A stretch of DNA of 64,000 bases from Eledone cirrhosa (lineage: Eukaryota): contig OZ024742.1 in assembly GCA_964016885.1 (NCBI GenBank), positions 274,970,001-275,034,000 on the forward strand, written 5' to 3'. How positions within the stretch are numbered: the stretch's first letter is position 1; every line of letters starts with the position of its first letter. The translations under genes were made by a program, and so were the position numbers. This document shows positions 27,140 through 41,995 of the stretch, in pieces. The notes beneath the pieces are model-generated. The model had not been told where the DNA came from and made no database searches. It saw nothing but the letters and a program-made list of their open reading frames with translations.

Positions 27140-28171
27140 GTATGCCTCAGACCTTCATAGTTGCCTATGAATTTTTCAGTCTATCCTGATAGTAGAGATG
27201 TCTCTTGAAAAAACAAAATGTGGCATCTTGGTGTTATCAATATCTGCAGAAAAAGGGACACTCTAGCTTTATCAACAATGCAAAATCGGGCAGGTAAATT
27301 TAGGTGGAAAAGGGAGAATCTTGTATATGACTCAAGCTATTGACGTCCTGCAACTGCCATCACGGAGGAAAACATTGATTGTGTTCTATGAATCAATAGC
27401 CAAAACTAGCATATCTCGTGAGAAAGTTGAGAATATTCGGCACAATAAATTTGGCATGACTAAGGTTTCCGCACAGTGGCTGCTACGTCTTCTGACACCC
27501 GATGAAAAGCGCACCAGGCTAATCTCCTAATGGGAAAATCTGATATTGTTTGTGGCAGATCCAGCCAGCTTTCTTGAAGGTTTCCTAATCTTCAAGAAAA
27601 CTGAATAGACAATGTATTGGAAACACTCCTCCTCACCTGCTCAAAAACGTCCAAGGTCTATTCACCTGCAGGGACGAAAATGATCTCGGTATTGTTTTTA
27701 TTAACAATCGTCCAAAGTATCCCACCACTAATGGAGAGTACTATGCCAACTTACAATAGGCTATGAAAACCAAATGCTCAGGAAATCTGACGAAAGAGTC
27801 TTTTCATCCGAACAAGGTTCCAGCACACAAGTTCTTCGGTTCAATGGCTGATGTGCATGACTGTGGCTTTGAACTAGTTGATCACCCTTCCCTATTGTCC
27901 TGATGAGACCCCATCTTACTATCACCTGCTCCCCTGCAAGAAGAAACTCTTGGCTAGTGACCAGTATTGCAGTGATGATAACGTCATATATGGTGTTGAT
28001 GAGGTTTTGACCAACAGAAATAAAGCTTCTTCGAGAATGGTATCCAAAAACAGCAACAGCGATGGAAGAGGTGTGTGGATCGCGAAGGGATTAAGTTGAA
28101 AAATAAATATTATTTGGTTACATTCCATGCGTGTAACGGTTAGGCTATGAACGTTTCAGTCGACCCTCGTA
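27140..28171 (+). mobile_element. Degenerate Tc1/mariner transposon
   Basis: KVSAQWL.RLLT (WVP-like) and decayed HPPYSPDLAPSDYHLF at ~27880-27935; right end ...GACCCTCG|TA. Confidence 0.75.
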
Positions 28172-28406
28172 TTTGGACATCTCAATAAAATAACCAGGCG
28201 AGTATTGAAAACATAGTTTATCTAATGCCCAAACTTGCAATATGCTAGAAAAACTATTAAGAGGTTTTTCTCGTATTTTTCCTTGACTGCAGGTTTTAGA
28301 ATTAAGAAACAACATTAATTATCCCAATAAATTAAAATAAACAATATTAGAAGAAATTCCTTCATCGGATGGTTTTTTTGGATAGAGAAAAATATTCGAT
28401 AGATAG

Positions 28407-30366
28407 CACTGGTCAACAGCCAAAATGATTCTTACATGTGAATATGTGCATCTTACTAATTTCATAGCACTAAATTCAGTTTTGATATTCATTTTTTGCT
28501 ATCGGACCAGAATGCCTTAATATGAGATCGAAAATATGTTCCTCTTATTGCATTATTTATCCATTGTGTAACATACGATGACTTAGATATAAACATATTA
28601 ACTTATTAATAAAAATATATAAACATATTTTTATTTATTTATTTTAACACTTAGTATATTAACAAAACATTCTGAACAACATTCTGAACATAATAAAATA
28701 TTTCAAAACATTTCTAAAAAAATTTCTGGATTTTGCTTTTACGCTTGTTTTGCTGGCTCTCCTCATGTTGCAGTGTCCATCATGGTGGGATTGAACCGAC
28801 CCTGATACCTACTCTCCATTATGGCAATGTCCTGGTGAAACCTCTCTCCATGTTCATTACTGATGTCTCCTAGATTACTTGGGAAGAAATCCAGATGAGA
28901 ATGGAAGAAATGAAGCTTCAACGACATTCGTGAACCCAGAGCGCGATAATTTTGTATCATGGTTTCAACAATTTCTTTATAGTTGTCTGCACGATGGTTT
29001 CCAAGCAGGTTCTGTGTCACATCTACAAATGATTTCCATGCATTAGTCTCCAAAGGGTTTAGTGTTTTCGTAAACTGACTATCATTAACCAGCATACGAA
29101 TCTGAGGACCATTCAAAACCCCTGCTTTTAACTTTGCTTCAGATACCACTCTACCCAATTTCTTACACAAATACTGAAACCCATTACCTGTATGATCCAT
29201 GCTTTTAATAAAGTTTTTGGCCAAGCCTAATTTGAGATGTAATGGAGGGAGGAATACTTTTTCTGGATCCACAAGAGGTTTGTACAGACAGTTGGATCTA
29301 CCGGGTGCATCCTTTGGTCTTGTTGGCCAATCCTTCTTCATGTAGTGCTCTGCATCTGCTCTACTATTCCACAAACATAGAAAACACATATGCTTTGTGT
29401 AACCAGTCTGAAGACCTAGAAGTAGACTAATTAAGTGGTTTATGACGATGACGAGCGGTTGTAATGCCGACGCCAGGTTCCAGCAGGTTTCGTTGCTTCA
29501 GTCTTGATCCCAGGAGCTCTGCCTTTTCTTTAGACAAATGTAGGTCTCTAATGAGATCGTGAAGAGCTTCCTGGTTAAATGGTATGGGTTCACTTGTCTC
29601 ATGTTCGTCTTGATAAGCATCATCAATATGGGTGCTGCTGGAATCAGAATCAGCAGGTGGAACTGGAACAGGTAATTCATCACTGTGAGGTACTGGTAGG
29701 ATTTCTGACGAGATATCGGGTATTGAAGTGTAGTTCGTGTCTTCACAGTTATTCCTTGGATGTTTATATGGCAGAAGTAGCAATCGTTATAGTGGTCTTT
29801 TGGTTCTCGCCACACCATTGGTACGGCAAATGGCAAACCAGAGCTTCGTTTCCCATTCTTCCATTCACTTAGGTGATTAACACATGACCTACACGCTATA
29901 TGAGGCGCCCATTTCTTGTCCTGGTCTCCTAATGGACATTTGAAGTAGCATTTGTAGTTTACTCGAACTGCTTTTGTGATTGGTTTCTTTATGCTTTCTA
30001 GGGTAAAGAGTCCACAAATATAGCAAAATCGGTCCGGGTCATTTACACATTTCCGGCGTTTCATCTCCCCCACTAGTCAAAGTTGTTGTGAATTATCCAA
30101 GAATAGCTGAGGATAGTTACAATTCTGTGATCTGAAACAAAAGCAGTAAGTATGAATTAGTTAACAACTAAATATAGTGGATACAATTGGATGAAGTAAT
30201 ATGAGCCACATAGCTATGGGTCATAAACATGGATATGCTGGCTCTCGAAAGCTAGACCCGATACAGCTTAACCGTTGTCATATTCAGATTCTGCACACTT
30301 GGTTACTCTAGAATCATACTAAATTATACCAGAACCATCAAATGAATATTTTTTTGTTGACCAGTG
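28407..30366 (-). mobile_element. Chapaev3-like (CMC) DNA transposon, complete ends
   Basis: TIR CACTGGTCAACA / TGTTGACCAGTG; 3-bp TSD TAG; interrupts a local duplicated segment. Confidence 0.8.
28763..30073 (-). pseudogene. Chapaev3-like transposase, frameshifted and deleted
   Basis: FCYICG, GDQDKKWAPH, WREPKDH..DCYFC, LPPLHLKLG, KLHFFHSHLDFFP, EHGERFHQDI. Confidence 0.8.
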
Positions 30367-30715
30367 TAGTATATGAACATTGTCATTATCAAAAATCATA
30401 GTGCGTTAAATAACACGTGCGTCATTCGACTACCAATTGAATGTGGGAATATCATGACAGTATGACGTAATCATATATGTATATTTCATTTTATGAATCC
30501 CCCATCAAAACAAAATATAACTATATATATATCGTATTATATCGTATATATATACGTATTATATCGTATATATATATCGTATATATATATATATATATAT
30601 CGTATTATGGATAGTTTTTGCTTACGGCGTTGTTTGACTCAACAAGAGGTTTACGTAGGGGGCGAGTTTATGATTTCGCTTGTATTCCTATGTAAGTTTA
30701 TCTTGGAGTAATAAT

Positions 30716-30898
30716 ATTGAAAAAGGGAAGAATAACATGGTCGTCAATACAAAAAAGGGTTTTATTTACAGTCTGACAATTGTTTCACTGATTAATTTGT
30801 CTAAAAAAGTTTAGACAACTTAATCAGTGAAACAATTGTCATACTGTAAATAAACCCTTTTTTGTACTGTTGACCATGTTATTCTTCACTTTTTCAAT
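30716..30898. repeat. ~90-bp-arm inverted repeat
   Basis: Arms reverse-complementary around ~30807. Confidence 0.9.
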
Positions 30899-31157
30899 CT
30901 TATATATATATATATATAAAATAAGAAAGTGAAACATGCAAAATTTGGCTTCGTTTATTTAAAATTCTCTGGTATATATATTTCAGTGACAGCTATTAAT
31001 GGCTGTGACCTGTTCAGGCAGTACGAATTAATATGAAAAAGACAGGTAAACACGTTGTTGAAATGTGTTCCACTCTGTCAATTCTTCAATATGTCCAGCT
31101 CCTGGGGGTGTTGTTAGTCCTCCGAGGAACTTGAATCATATGGGCTAGAACAAACGG

Positions 31158-31560
<403 letters not shown>

Positions 31561-32626
31561 ATATTAAAACATTTGGGGCATTATGTTTGATATTTATCTA
31601 AATTATTATATTGATCAGACCCTTCTCGTAAATATTTTTCTCTAACTGAAACTGCTTGTCATCTGATTATACAGCTTTGAGTATAATACAAATTGATAAT
31701 GAAATCCATTTACCCAGAATATGTATATTGATATTCTTTTCCTGCTAAGGCAATTTAAATTTTTCCTTCCCATGACCGTGTTTACAAATTTTGAGTAATC
31801 AGTGCTTTATTTCTGAAGAATATCTCTCCTTTTCTGAAACCATCACTAACAATTTCGCCATATTTCTGTTTCCTTTTATTTTTCATTTTTACCAATTAAG
31901 AAAGTAATTTCAATTGATTAAATAGTTATTGGACATCTCCACTTAATTCGTATAATGTACATTTTAGTCTTGGCCATCTCTATTTTCAGGGTTATACTGC
32001 ATTATCTACTGTGTCGTTTTGTATTGTAATGTGAGTTTTAAATTTTGCCTCACTTTCTAGCAGTTCAAATAACCATTGGACCGTTCATTGTAATATCTGT
32101 TAGTCTTGAGCCTATTTCAGCAATCCCCAATATTATTGTATATATAGGATCACCAATATGATAAGCGTACGAGTGAAGAGAGTATTGTGCCTTATTCTCA
32201 CTGGTTACGTTCTGTAATCTAATCTTGCCAGGATTAGATAGACAATATATTCTTCCTCATCTCCAGTTACTCTGCTTTTACATTTTTCGTTGGTACAAGA
32301 AGCACTTTTGTCAATATTACACATTAAAAACCTTACTCAAAAGGTGTGGCGCTGTAGAATATCTAAAGAATCATTATTTTGGGCGCTACACTGAAATAAG
32401 CGGCAGAATCGATCAAAACGCATTGCAGTATTTGATAATCGATTCTTTTGTTCTGATTTCAAAACCAACTGAGCTTAAATTTGTTATTCTCTTTCTAGTA
32501 TCGACAAAATATACTTTAAGTCAAGTACTTTATCGATATAATCCACTAACTTTTTCTATGTCTGATTATGTTACAAACCATTTTTATTGTTATTCCAGTT
32601 TTAAAAGTAAGGGGGACTGAATGGAC

Positions 32627-35325
32627 TGTAGTGAAGTACATTCCGAGGGCTCATGGATACATTCTCCGTGCGTTATTTGGCTAAGTTCAGCCAATCACTA
32701 CCAGCGTAGGAGAATGTATCTTGACTTCCGCCCAGAAGGGAGATTCCCGCGGCGATTCGAAACTCTTTCTCTCTTGCAGCTCGACACCGTGAAGGTAAAC
32801 ATCTCTTGCTTTCGTTCCTTCAAGCATAGACAATATGTAGCAACAGATTACAAAGGTTAGAAGAATGTCTTTTTAGAGGATAGTTAATGTTATCAATAAA
32901 AAGGTAATAAAGGTTTAAATGGCATGCCAAGAGAAATTATTAATTAAGAGTTTAAGAAGGTACGGTCAACAGACCCGTAGTGATATCTGTTGCTACATAT
33001 TGTCTATGCTTGAAGCAACGAAAGCAAGAGATATTTACCTTCACGGTGTCGAGCTGCAGGGGCGAGAGAGTTTCGAATTGCCGCGGGAATTACCCCCCCC
33101 CCCCCCCCCTCTGGGCGGAAGTCGAGTGCGTTGTTTGACTCAGTTCAGCCAATCGCTACCAGCGTAAGAAAATGTATCTCGACTTCCACTCAGAGGGGGG
33201 ATTCCCGCAGCGATTTGAAACTCTCTCTCTCTCTCTCTTGCAGCTCGACACCGTGAAGGTAAACATCTCTTGCTTTCGTTCCTTCAATCATAGACAATAT
33301 GTAGCAATAGATATTACTACGGGTCTGGCTAACGCCTCAGTCAGTTAACCGTACCTTCTTAAACTCTTAATTAATAATTTCTCTTGGCATGCCGTTTAAA
33401 CATTTATAACCTTTTTATTGATAACATTAACTATCCTCTCAAGAGACATTCTTCTAACCTTTGTAATCTGTAAATAAATTATATATTATAAACAATTATA
33501 AAGACGTAAGATGCTATTTTCCACAACATTGCTTTTAACATCTTCAATGGTGACTTCTGTGATACAATACACAAATACACAGATTCTGAACACAAACATC
33601 TACTAAACAACTCTGTAGGTGGGTAGTAGTTGAAGCAGTAATTCCATAATTCTGGCGAATCCATAGAAGAAATGGTGGAAATGCTGACAAGTCCAGTTCC
33701 ATTTGTTGTTTTCCCAGTGAGTCGGGTAAAGTAACAAGACGGAGGTTGTTATGCTATAGGACGATGAGTGTGCAACGAGATGCGAAGCTATTTGAATCCA
33801 GCAGCAATTAGCATTCTCGTGTTGCGGTGCCTGTTTGAGTCCAGGTGAATTAAGCTGCATGTGTCGATAACATGTTTTGGTACCGCCACCAGGTGAAAAG
33901 GGATCTCGCAGAATATTACGAATTTTGAAGATCATCTACTAAAGACAATAACATGGTGTGTGACAAAGAAATGTGTGTGCATATGGAGGCATGTAATACA
34001 GCAAAGAAAATGTGTGCGTACAGTCATATATACAATGATAGAAAAACAATGAATGTTCATATACAGTTTAAAAGAAATAAATGTTCAAACATTGCCTGTA
34101 AAAAAAAAGAAATAATTGTTTTTTAACAAAAAATTCACTTTTTCTTTTCTTTGAAATTTCTTTGAGATAAGAATGTTATTGCTCTTACTAGGAAGCTAGT
34201 AGAGTTGTTGTTGCGAAGTTACTCGAAGTCGAGCGTTGAGGAGCTTAGAGTAACCAATATGCAAGTCACGTCTGACGCCATAGTTTGGTGAGAAAGGCTG
34301 TGAGTTCGAATCATGTCGGACGTTAGAAACATCGATGAATCGTGAAGTTTTGTAAGGCAGTGAAGATTTGCAAGCGTCGAATTCACCATTATGTGGTGAG
34401 AAGGCTGTTGTTTTAATTCTCGAGTCACCGTTTGTAGCGAGACAGTGAGAAATTGTAGCGGTTATAATGACAGAGACGATAGAATAGGTAAACAATATGA
34501 GGTTTGGTGGTTTGCGTCGGTAAGGCTTATAAAGCTGCCACATAGTTATTCCGTTGTTTATGGTTAGTGGTTAACCAATGTTGTCGCTGCTGCTACTGCT
34601 GTATGCAGGAAGCCATATTGAAAGAAAAATGTGTTCGTGCTATAATTTTTAAAATACAGCTATTTTTTTCTTTTCAAAGAATGTTGTATTAGGCGGGTTC
34701 ATGGAAGTTAAACCACGTGTTGTGTTGTTATCAACAAGAAATGTTTTACATGGTGTTGATAAAATGCAATACAAGAAAGCTTGCGTGTTGTTCTTTTTAA
34801 AAAACTACTTCTATTTTTTTTTAAAGAAACATTTAGTTCCCAGGGTTGGGTCATCAATTTAGAAGATGTTAAAAGCAATGTTGTGGAAAATAGCATCTTA
34901 CGACTTTATAATTGTTTATATATAATTTATTTACAGATTACAAAGGCTAGAAGAATGTCTCTTGAGAGGATAGTTATTGTTATCAATAAAAAGGTTATAA
35001 AGGTTTAAATGGCATGCCAAGAGAAATTATTAATTAAGAGTTTAAGAAGGTACGGTCAACTGACTGAGGCGTTAGCCAGACCCGTAGTGATATCTGTTGC
35101 TACATATTGTCTATGCTTGAGGAACAAAAGCAAGATATGTTTACCTTCACGGTGTCGAGCTGCAAGAGAGAGGGAGAGAGACAGAGAGAGTTTCGAATCG
35201 CCGCGGGATTCCCCCTCTGGGCGGAAGTCGAGATACATTTTCCTACGCTGGTCGCTATTGGCTGAACTGAGTCAAACAACGTATGGAGAATATATCCATG
35301 AGCCCTCGGAATGTAGATCACTACA
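32627..35325 (-). mobile_element. Rearranged non-coding LTR element with four LTR pieces in alternating orientation
   Basis: TGTAGTGA..TACATTCCGAGGGCTC at 32627(+) and 35325(-); internal 33600-34620 similar to 50460-51460. Confidence 0.7.
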
Positions 35326-38300
35326 GGATAATACGTTTAAAAACATAGTGCGTGACCAGATGTTTGCATATATCTGTTGTAAATATACTTTCAGTTCGAC
35401 AAAAACCTGATATGTGGCAATAATCGGTAAAATCCCAGACATCGTATTGTCCATTATTGTTATTTAAATTCTGCTAGGTCCAGCATTTGCGTTAAAAAAT
35501 CAATGATTGCTATTTTACATCGCCATTCTAGAAACAACTGAAGAATCTCGTTTAAATCAAACACATAATTCTCACAAATGTCAGGACAAATGTCTGAAAA
35601 TCCCGGATTAACGCGCATAGATTTGTGTTCAGTCATATGTTCTTTTCAATCTACAGTAATCTGGGACTAAAACAATTCATTCAATACAATACTTTGATGA
35701 AATGTGATGGAGCCAGTGCTTGCATTCATTCTAACAGAATTTGGGAAGATATGACCAAATGAAGTACCGACTTCATTTTCATCGATTCGACATGCTAAAT
35801 ATTTTACGTTGAGATTAACCTGATATGTGTTTATCTTATTTGCTGTAAACATTACGATGCACAGGTTTGGTTAGAGTCTGTACAGCATCCTCTCCCAAAA
35901 TTTGTTCTTTTGATAAATATGCTGCCCTTGGATAAGTATCTGGCATTTGGCATCTGTAACATTTCTACACTAATCGGGTGATACAGTTGGTAATATATTT
36001 ACACTGATATTTTATAGCGTGTTCATTGTACGTATGAGATATGACTTTGTCAAGATAAATTTAGTCTCGGGAAAGATTGGCTAAGCAGCTTATTTCAGAG
36101 AATTGTCTCAACAATTGTGGTCAACTTCGAGAAATCACTGGTTTAGCAATACCACCAGTGTCAATGCCTCTTCTAAACATCGGGAATGACGTCAATCGGA
36201 ACACCTTGAAAAATATGGAATATTTCGAATCCATTCGTCATATACCAATCCAATCATATCCCATCATTGCTCATATGCGTATATAAATATTATTGTATAT
36301 AGGACGAATCCGACAATCACCCATCTTTCGTATAAATATCACCCTACTTTTAGTTTAAAGTGTTCAGGGCAGCTTTCTCTCCTTCCGAATGATGAGTGTA
36401 TGCTCCTGTCTAAAACTTTTCAGGAAGACTGGCATATCAATAACGGTTCAACACTAGAGTTTTCTTACAATTTACAAACAGAAGAGGAAAACCTCCCAGG
36501 TCATGTGGCTTCCGGTGATCCGATCCTCTGTATTTTGCATTCCTTTAAGTGTTAATCTTAATTTTTATTTCTATTCTTATATACTTGCGTCCCACCCAAC
36601 TCTTATTGTATATCTCGTCCCTAATATCAATGCTTGTTTACATTTCATGAGAAATATTTTGTGTGTGAGGGCCCCGCTAAAAATGAAATAACTAATTCCT
36701 ACAAGAGATCTTCATGCTGTAGTTTTCGTTCATTTCATTTATAAATTTATTACATCCGTTTATATTTGTATATTCGTTAATGAACACATTTTCTATTCGA
36801 CTTTATTTATTTGTGCATCGGGACAAATGAACGTTATCTTTGTTTTTTTGTTGTTTTTGACGATCTTAATGCTATTAAGTACCAGTAATACACTGAGGTC
36901 GATTTAATTGATATTCCATCCCCGAAATTGTTGGCATTGTGCCTAAATCAGAAATAATTCTTATTATCATTAGGGTGGTGTATTGGCAGTATTGGCAGAG
37001 CATTATATTCTGCTTGAATAATAACATTTATTTAGGATGGATTACTAAGTCTTATAGCTTCAAACCATTAATTATAATGTCAAATAGAATCTGATGTGAT
37101 AGATGAAATATATGATAACATCACCTTTTATTAAAAATATCTTATTAATTCTCAAATGAAATGGATAAATCACAAACAATTGTACACTAACCAACGTATT
37201 CATGGGACAAATCTGGAGTGTTTCATGTCTACACAGTCTTTTTGAATACTCCATCAGTAGTCTGCCATCATCTACCTTGAGATATCTCCTCTATAACCTT
37301 GATATCTAGATGAAAGGATTCGCCATGCTCATTACTCACGTCACTAAGATTAGCAGGAAATTCGACGAATAGAATTTGAGGAAATAAATCTTTATGCACA
37401 TGCTACAGCCTAAAGGAGGAAAGCTCTCAAGCAATGTCTCTACTAAATACTTGTTCTTTTCAGCCTTTTTGCTGCCCCAAACTCTTTTCACAACAGACAC
37501 AAATGAATACCATGTTCTCTTTTATACGTCAGACAGCGAGCTCGAGAAATATTGGCATTTCATTAATTTTCTGATTTGTGTCCTGCCAAAAACACCAGCC
37601 TTTAATTAATCATAACGTAAGCGAGTACATGTTATACAAATGAGTTTGAAACAGTCACCCTCCACATTACAAGGGTTGACAAACCGCTCGGCTATTCCAT
37701 AAATACAGTAAGCCCGGATATTTTGTATACCTTTTTTGTTGGCAAAGTTAAAGTTTGACCATTTTGAGAGCCACACATATGTCCCATTTGTGTTCATCAT
37801 ACTTGAGTAAATCTAATACACTTTTTATGTTTTCTTGCTTCTCTTTTAAGTGCACAGAGTGATCAATATGACTTTCCATACACATTATAGACTTTTCTTT
37901 GAACTATCAATCAATACTCTCCATTCCCGAGGACCATACTGTAGAGCACCCATTGCTTTTAACATCGCGCCACATCACAACAATAAACAGAATCTTTTTC
38001 AATTTTAAAGAATACCAAGAGATCTCTTTCTCTGTTCCGATACACATTTACATTTGTTTCTTTCTGCAGCATATCTTTTTCTCTTTAAATCTAAATGCTA
38101 ACAGGCTTTTGACAGACCTAAGTAAATCAATCACTAACTAAATCAATCAGTTCTGCTTGGATTAATTTTAACGTTCCTTGGTTGCTGTATCTAAAACCTC
38201 TATATCACAGTCATGTTCATGATTTTTATCTGATAGACATGTATCACTTTTGTCTTCCAGTGAAGGTAATTTTATGTAAACGGGTACTGGTACTCCAGCT

Positions 38301-38329
38301 GAGTGAAGCACGAGACGAATTGCTGAATC

Positions 38330-38478
38330 CAGATTTATAAAGTTTTCTAGCTTTAACCCGAAGTCTTTGTGATAGTAAAAAAAGTATTGTCATTTTTAGA
38401 CTCAGCGGCACCATATTACTCAAGAACAGGTCTCAAGCCTAGGTCAGCAGAAGAAAAGCAAACTTTTGTTGACCACTT
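38330..38478 (-). mobile_element. Terminal fragment of Chapaev3-like transposon
   Basis: Similar to 30245-30366, ends TTTTGTTGACCA. Confidence 0.5.
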
Positions 38479-39389
38479 TTATTATTATTGCTATTGGTGT
38501 TGTTGTCGTCTTAATCTTTATTAACTGTCCGTTGGAGAAATATCAACTATAACATTTTGTATTATTTTATGAGTTTAATTTTGATTTTATTTACTATTCT
38601 TTAAACTATTTTTATTTGAGTTCCTCTATCAACTGTTCATGTTCCTGAATTAATTTTTGAAAACATTTGTTATCTCATATTGCTCCGCACGTCCATTCCG
38701 TTATCAGTATGTTTGTCACCAATTGGTTGACTTAATTTAATGATTTTTCTGTTCCATTTAACACACCACGCACAGAAGTGTATTTTGGTTGAAAAGAAAT
38801 ATTTACAATGACAAATTTCTAGATTTCCATAACATTTCAGATTTATCGTACACTTCCACTCATTTTTAAATTCCATCCTATGATATTTATTTGAAATGAA
38901 AGATTGTAATGAAGCACCATATCGATAGGTGCCACATATAATACGCATAAGTTAAGAATGCAATGAAACAAAACACTCATATGATTAAAATTTAGATTTA
39001 TATAGTGAATTTGGTGTGAACATAATTAATATTAGACGGATGGATATATAGATTAATAGATGGCTGCATAGATGAAAGAAGAGATGGATGGATCGATAGA
39101 TTAATGGTTCGCCGGATAGATAAAAATATAGATAGATACGTGGTTGCAGTAAATATTGACGTACTTATTGTCGAGAACCTTAAGGATAAGAAATAAAAGT
39201 CTGAGGGGAAAATATAATTGGTAACGATATCCATTATGTGACTTCCGGGGAATTACATGAGACAAATCACGATATGTTTTAGTTTTAGCACTTCATCGAG
39301 TAAATACATACCTGCCGAACTATTGATGAAATAATCATTCAATACTTTGCATAAAACAATAGAGATTATTACTCACCAAACTATAATAC

Positions 39390-39434
<45 letters not shown>

Positions 39435-41254
39435 TATATATAGTTGCAGAAGATAATTTGCTTATACGTGGTTGGTTTGTTGTAACTCCATGAGGATAAG
39501 CCGTTCCGAGCGTTCCCAAAGCACTCCAAATCAGTAGTTTATCCCCTCTAACCTTTGCTGATTAGGATTCATGGAGCATTTATTTATCAAATTAAGAGTA
39601 GTTATTTCACCATAATTGCTTTATTGAATGATATACATTTCTGTACATGGTTATGTATGTGACATAATCAGATGTTTATACAAATCATAAGTGTAGTTAT
39701 GCAATTATGGGGATATGTCGATGGTCATGTATTACCATCCAGTTGTGGTGCCACCAGATATGAATATCTGAATCTCTTTTCTTATTAAGTTCTAGCAGTG
39801 TTTCAGCCTTCTGATTGACTGACTTTGTCGGCTCCGGGTAAAGATCATATACTTAATTGTTGACAGATTAACTGTTACATCTCAGTTTGTGGTCAATTAT
39901 TTGGTCCATAGTCTGTAGTCGTCAGTGACATCACATCTCCTTTGTCACTGGTCAGAGCAACACTGGTCATGCCGCCGATCACTGAGCCCAGTAAATGTAA
40001 CGAAAAGAACAGGAGAGCCAAAAATTTGGTTTGAGGATGGAGGTAGCACCGCAATTATTCTCAACGCCAACAACTACTATAACAATTAAAACAACAATAA
40101 CAATACCATTTACAATAATGAAGCCAATGAGGGTGATGCTAAAAATAATACTATCGGTACTTACATTATACATCAAACATGAAATATATGTATACTATAC
40201 AATATGTTAAATGCAATAACAGTGATATTAAATGTACTATTACAAATGGTAAACTATAGATATAAACAACGATAATGACTATTCCAATAATTAAAAAAAA
40301 TAGAAAAACATTGATAATAATACCAATAGCGATAAGAATAATAGTAGTACGATAGAAATAAACCAGGAAGTGAGTGGTGGAACAGGAATATAATGGATAT
40401 TAACAGTGTAAGAGTTAAAAGAAGAATTAGTTTTAAAGAATAATATATATATATATATATGCATATATGAAACATGATAATCAATATATATATATAGACA
40501 CCCGCAGAGACACACACACACACACACACACATGTATATATATACTAGCTGGCCCGTCCGGCTGGCGCCGGCTACCATTGGTTAGTTCTACGAGATCCAG
40601 ATATATATATATATAGCTGACGTACCTAGCTTCGCTTGGATAAACAGACGATAAACCGTCTGTGTAGTATAGTATTACTGTTGAAAACATATAGTATAGT
40701 ATTACTGTTGAAAATATATAGTACTAACTGACCCGTCCGGCTGGCGCCCGCCTAGGTATATCTGCCCCCACCACTCCACTGCAAAGATACCACACACCCT
40801 CCCGTGTCACATTGTCCTTCCGACTCTCTCTCCCCTCTCTCTCTCTCTCTCTTTCTCTCTATGTGTGTGTAAAATGAAGAGAGATACGAAAACTAAAACA
40901 GTGTTGTCATATAGAGAGTGAAGAGCGACAGAGAGAGTAAAGCAGTTAAATTATAGAGAGGGGGAATGATCTTACATACATACATGCATACATACATATA
41001 AAGTATAGATATGTGTGTGTGTGTGTGTGTTTGTGTATGTGTATGTGTATGTGTGTTTGTGTATGTGTGTATGTCCATGTGTGTGTCTGTGTATTTTGTT
41101 TTGATGTTATCCGGCAATTGCCAGAATCAGGTGTGAAAGTATGTGTATTTGTGTGTGTGTGTGTGTGTATGTGTGTGTGTTACTTATGCGAGCGACGACA
41201 GAATAAGTGTGTGGGATACATACATTATTATATTGACGCATGGAGTTACGGCCC

Positions 41255-41385
41255 TTGCCATTCTGAGTTCAAATCCCGCCGAGGTTAACTTTGCCTTTCA
41301 TCATTACGTGGTCGATAAAATAAAGTACCAGTAATGTACTGGGTAATTGCTGTCCTTGTGCCAAAAGTAAAAACAATTATTATAT
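41255..41385 (+). mobile_element. tRNA-derived SINE fragment (Octopus-type)
   Basis: B-box GAGTTCAAATCC, then GCCGAGGTTAACTTTGCCTTTCATC...GGTCGATAAAATAAAGTACCAGT; other copies in window. Confidence 0.75.
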
Positions 41386-41713
41386 TTGTCTGTATTTTCG
41401 TTCTGCAACCATTATATTATGATATTTGTATTCAAATGATTTTAGATGTATGTATTACCTTCTTGCCCGTCTCTCTCTCTTTCTCCTCTCTCCTCTCTCT
41501 CTCTCTTTAGATGTGTGTGTGTAGCTTTCCTAATCTGTCTCTTTCACTCTCTGTCTCTCTAAGAGGATTGCCTTTTGATGTATGTATTACCTGCTTGTGT
41601 GTTGACCGAATTTGAAGGAGGTTATCCTTTTGAAATAAACATACGACGCTCATCTCTATGTTGATATATGATATAAATAATGGGATTGATTAGTTAATAT
41701 CTCTATACAACAA

Positions 41714-41995
41714 CTACAACGATACGCAATGGAGCCCACCCACCGCCCCGACGGACAGAATGGAGAAGGCGTTTCCCTGGAGAACGGCCAGGGAGACGCG
41801 CTGGAAATGCCACTCCAACCCGTGGGTCTCACACCTGCGGCTGGCCAGCTCAGCGCCTATGGTGGTGAGTAAGTAGGTAGCCCTGGGGCCGAGCACACCA
41901 GAAGTCTCCACTGCCAGGGGTATGACCACAAACCTGTCGACGAGCGACTGGTATTTGAGGAGTTTGGCCCCCTCAGCCCAACGTGCAGCAGAACC
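41714..41995 (-). pseudogene. C-terminal fragment of RLE-type (CRE-like) retrotransposon ORF
   Basis: KLLKY, PLAVETSGVLG, QRVSLAVLQGNA; second copy at 52820-53050. Confidence 0.65.

Noticed and set aside
27895-27915. CTGATGAG motif
   Set aside because: Lies in the decayed mariner YSPDL coding region; no GAAA or stems.
32225-32620. 131-aa ORF before a purine tract and LTR
   Set aside because: No recognisable integrase or other motif.
35450-40300. Apparently unique sequence possibly holding host exons
   Set aside because: Only short ORFs without recognisable motifs; isolated splice-like signals are insufficient. It may be old decayed repeats or intron.
40550-40580. GCTGGCGCCGGCT resembling the HDV ribozyme core
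   Set aside because: No complete nested pseudoknot; better explained as a Helitron 3' hairpin on the minus strand.
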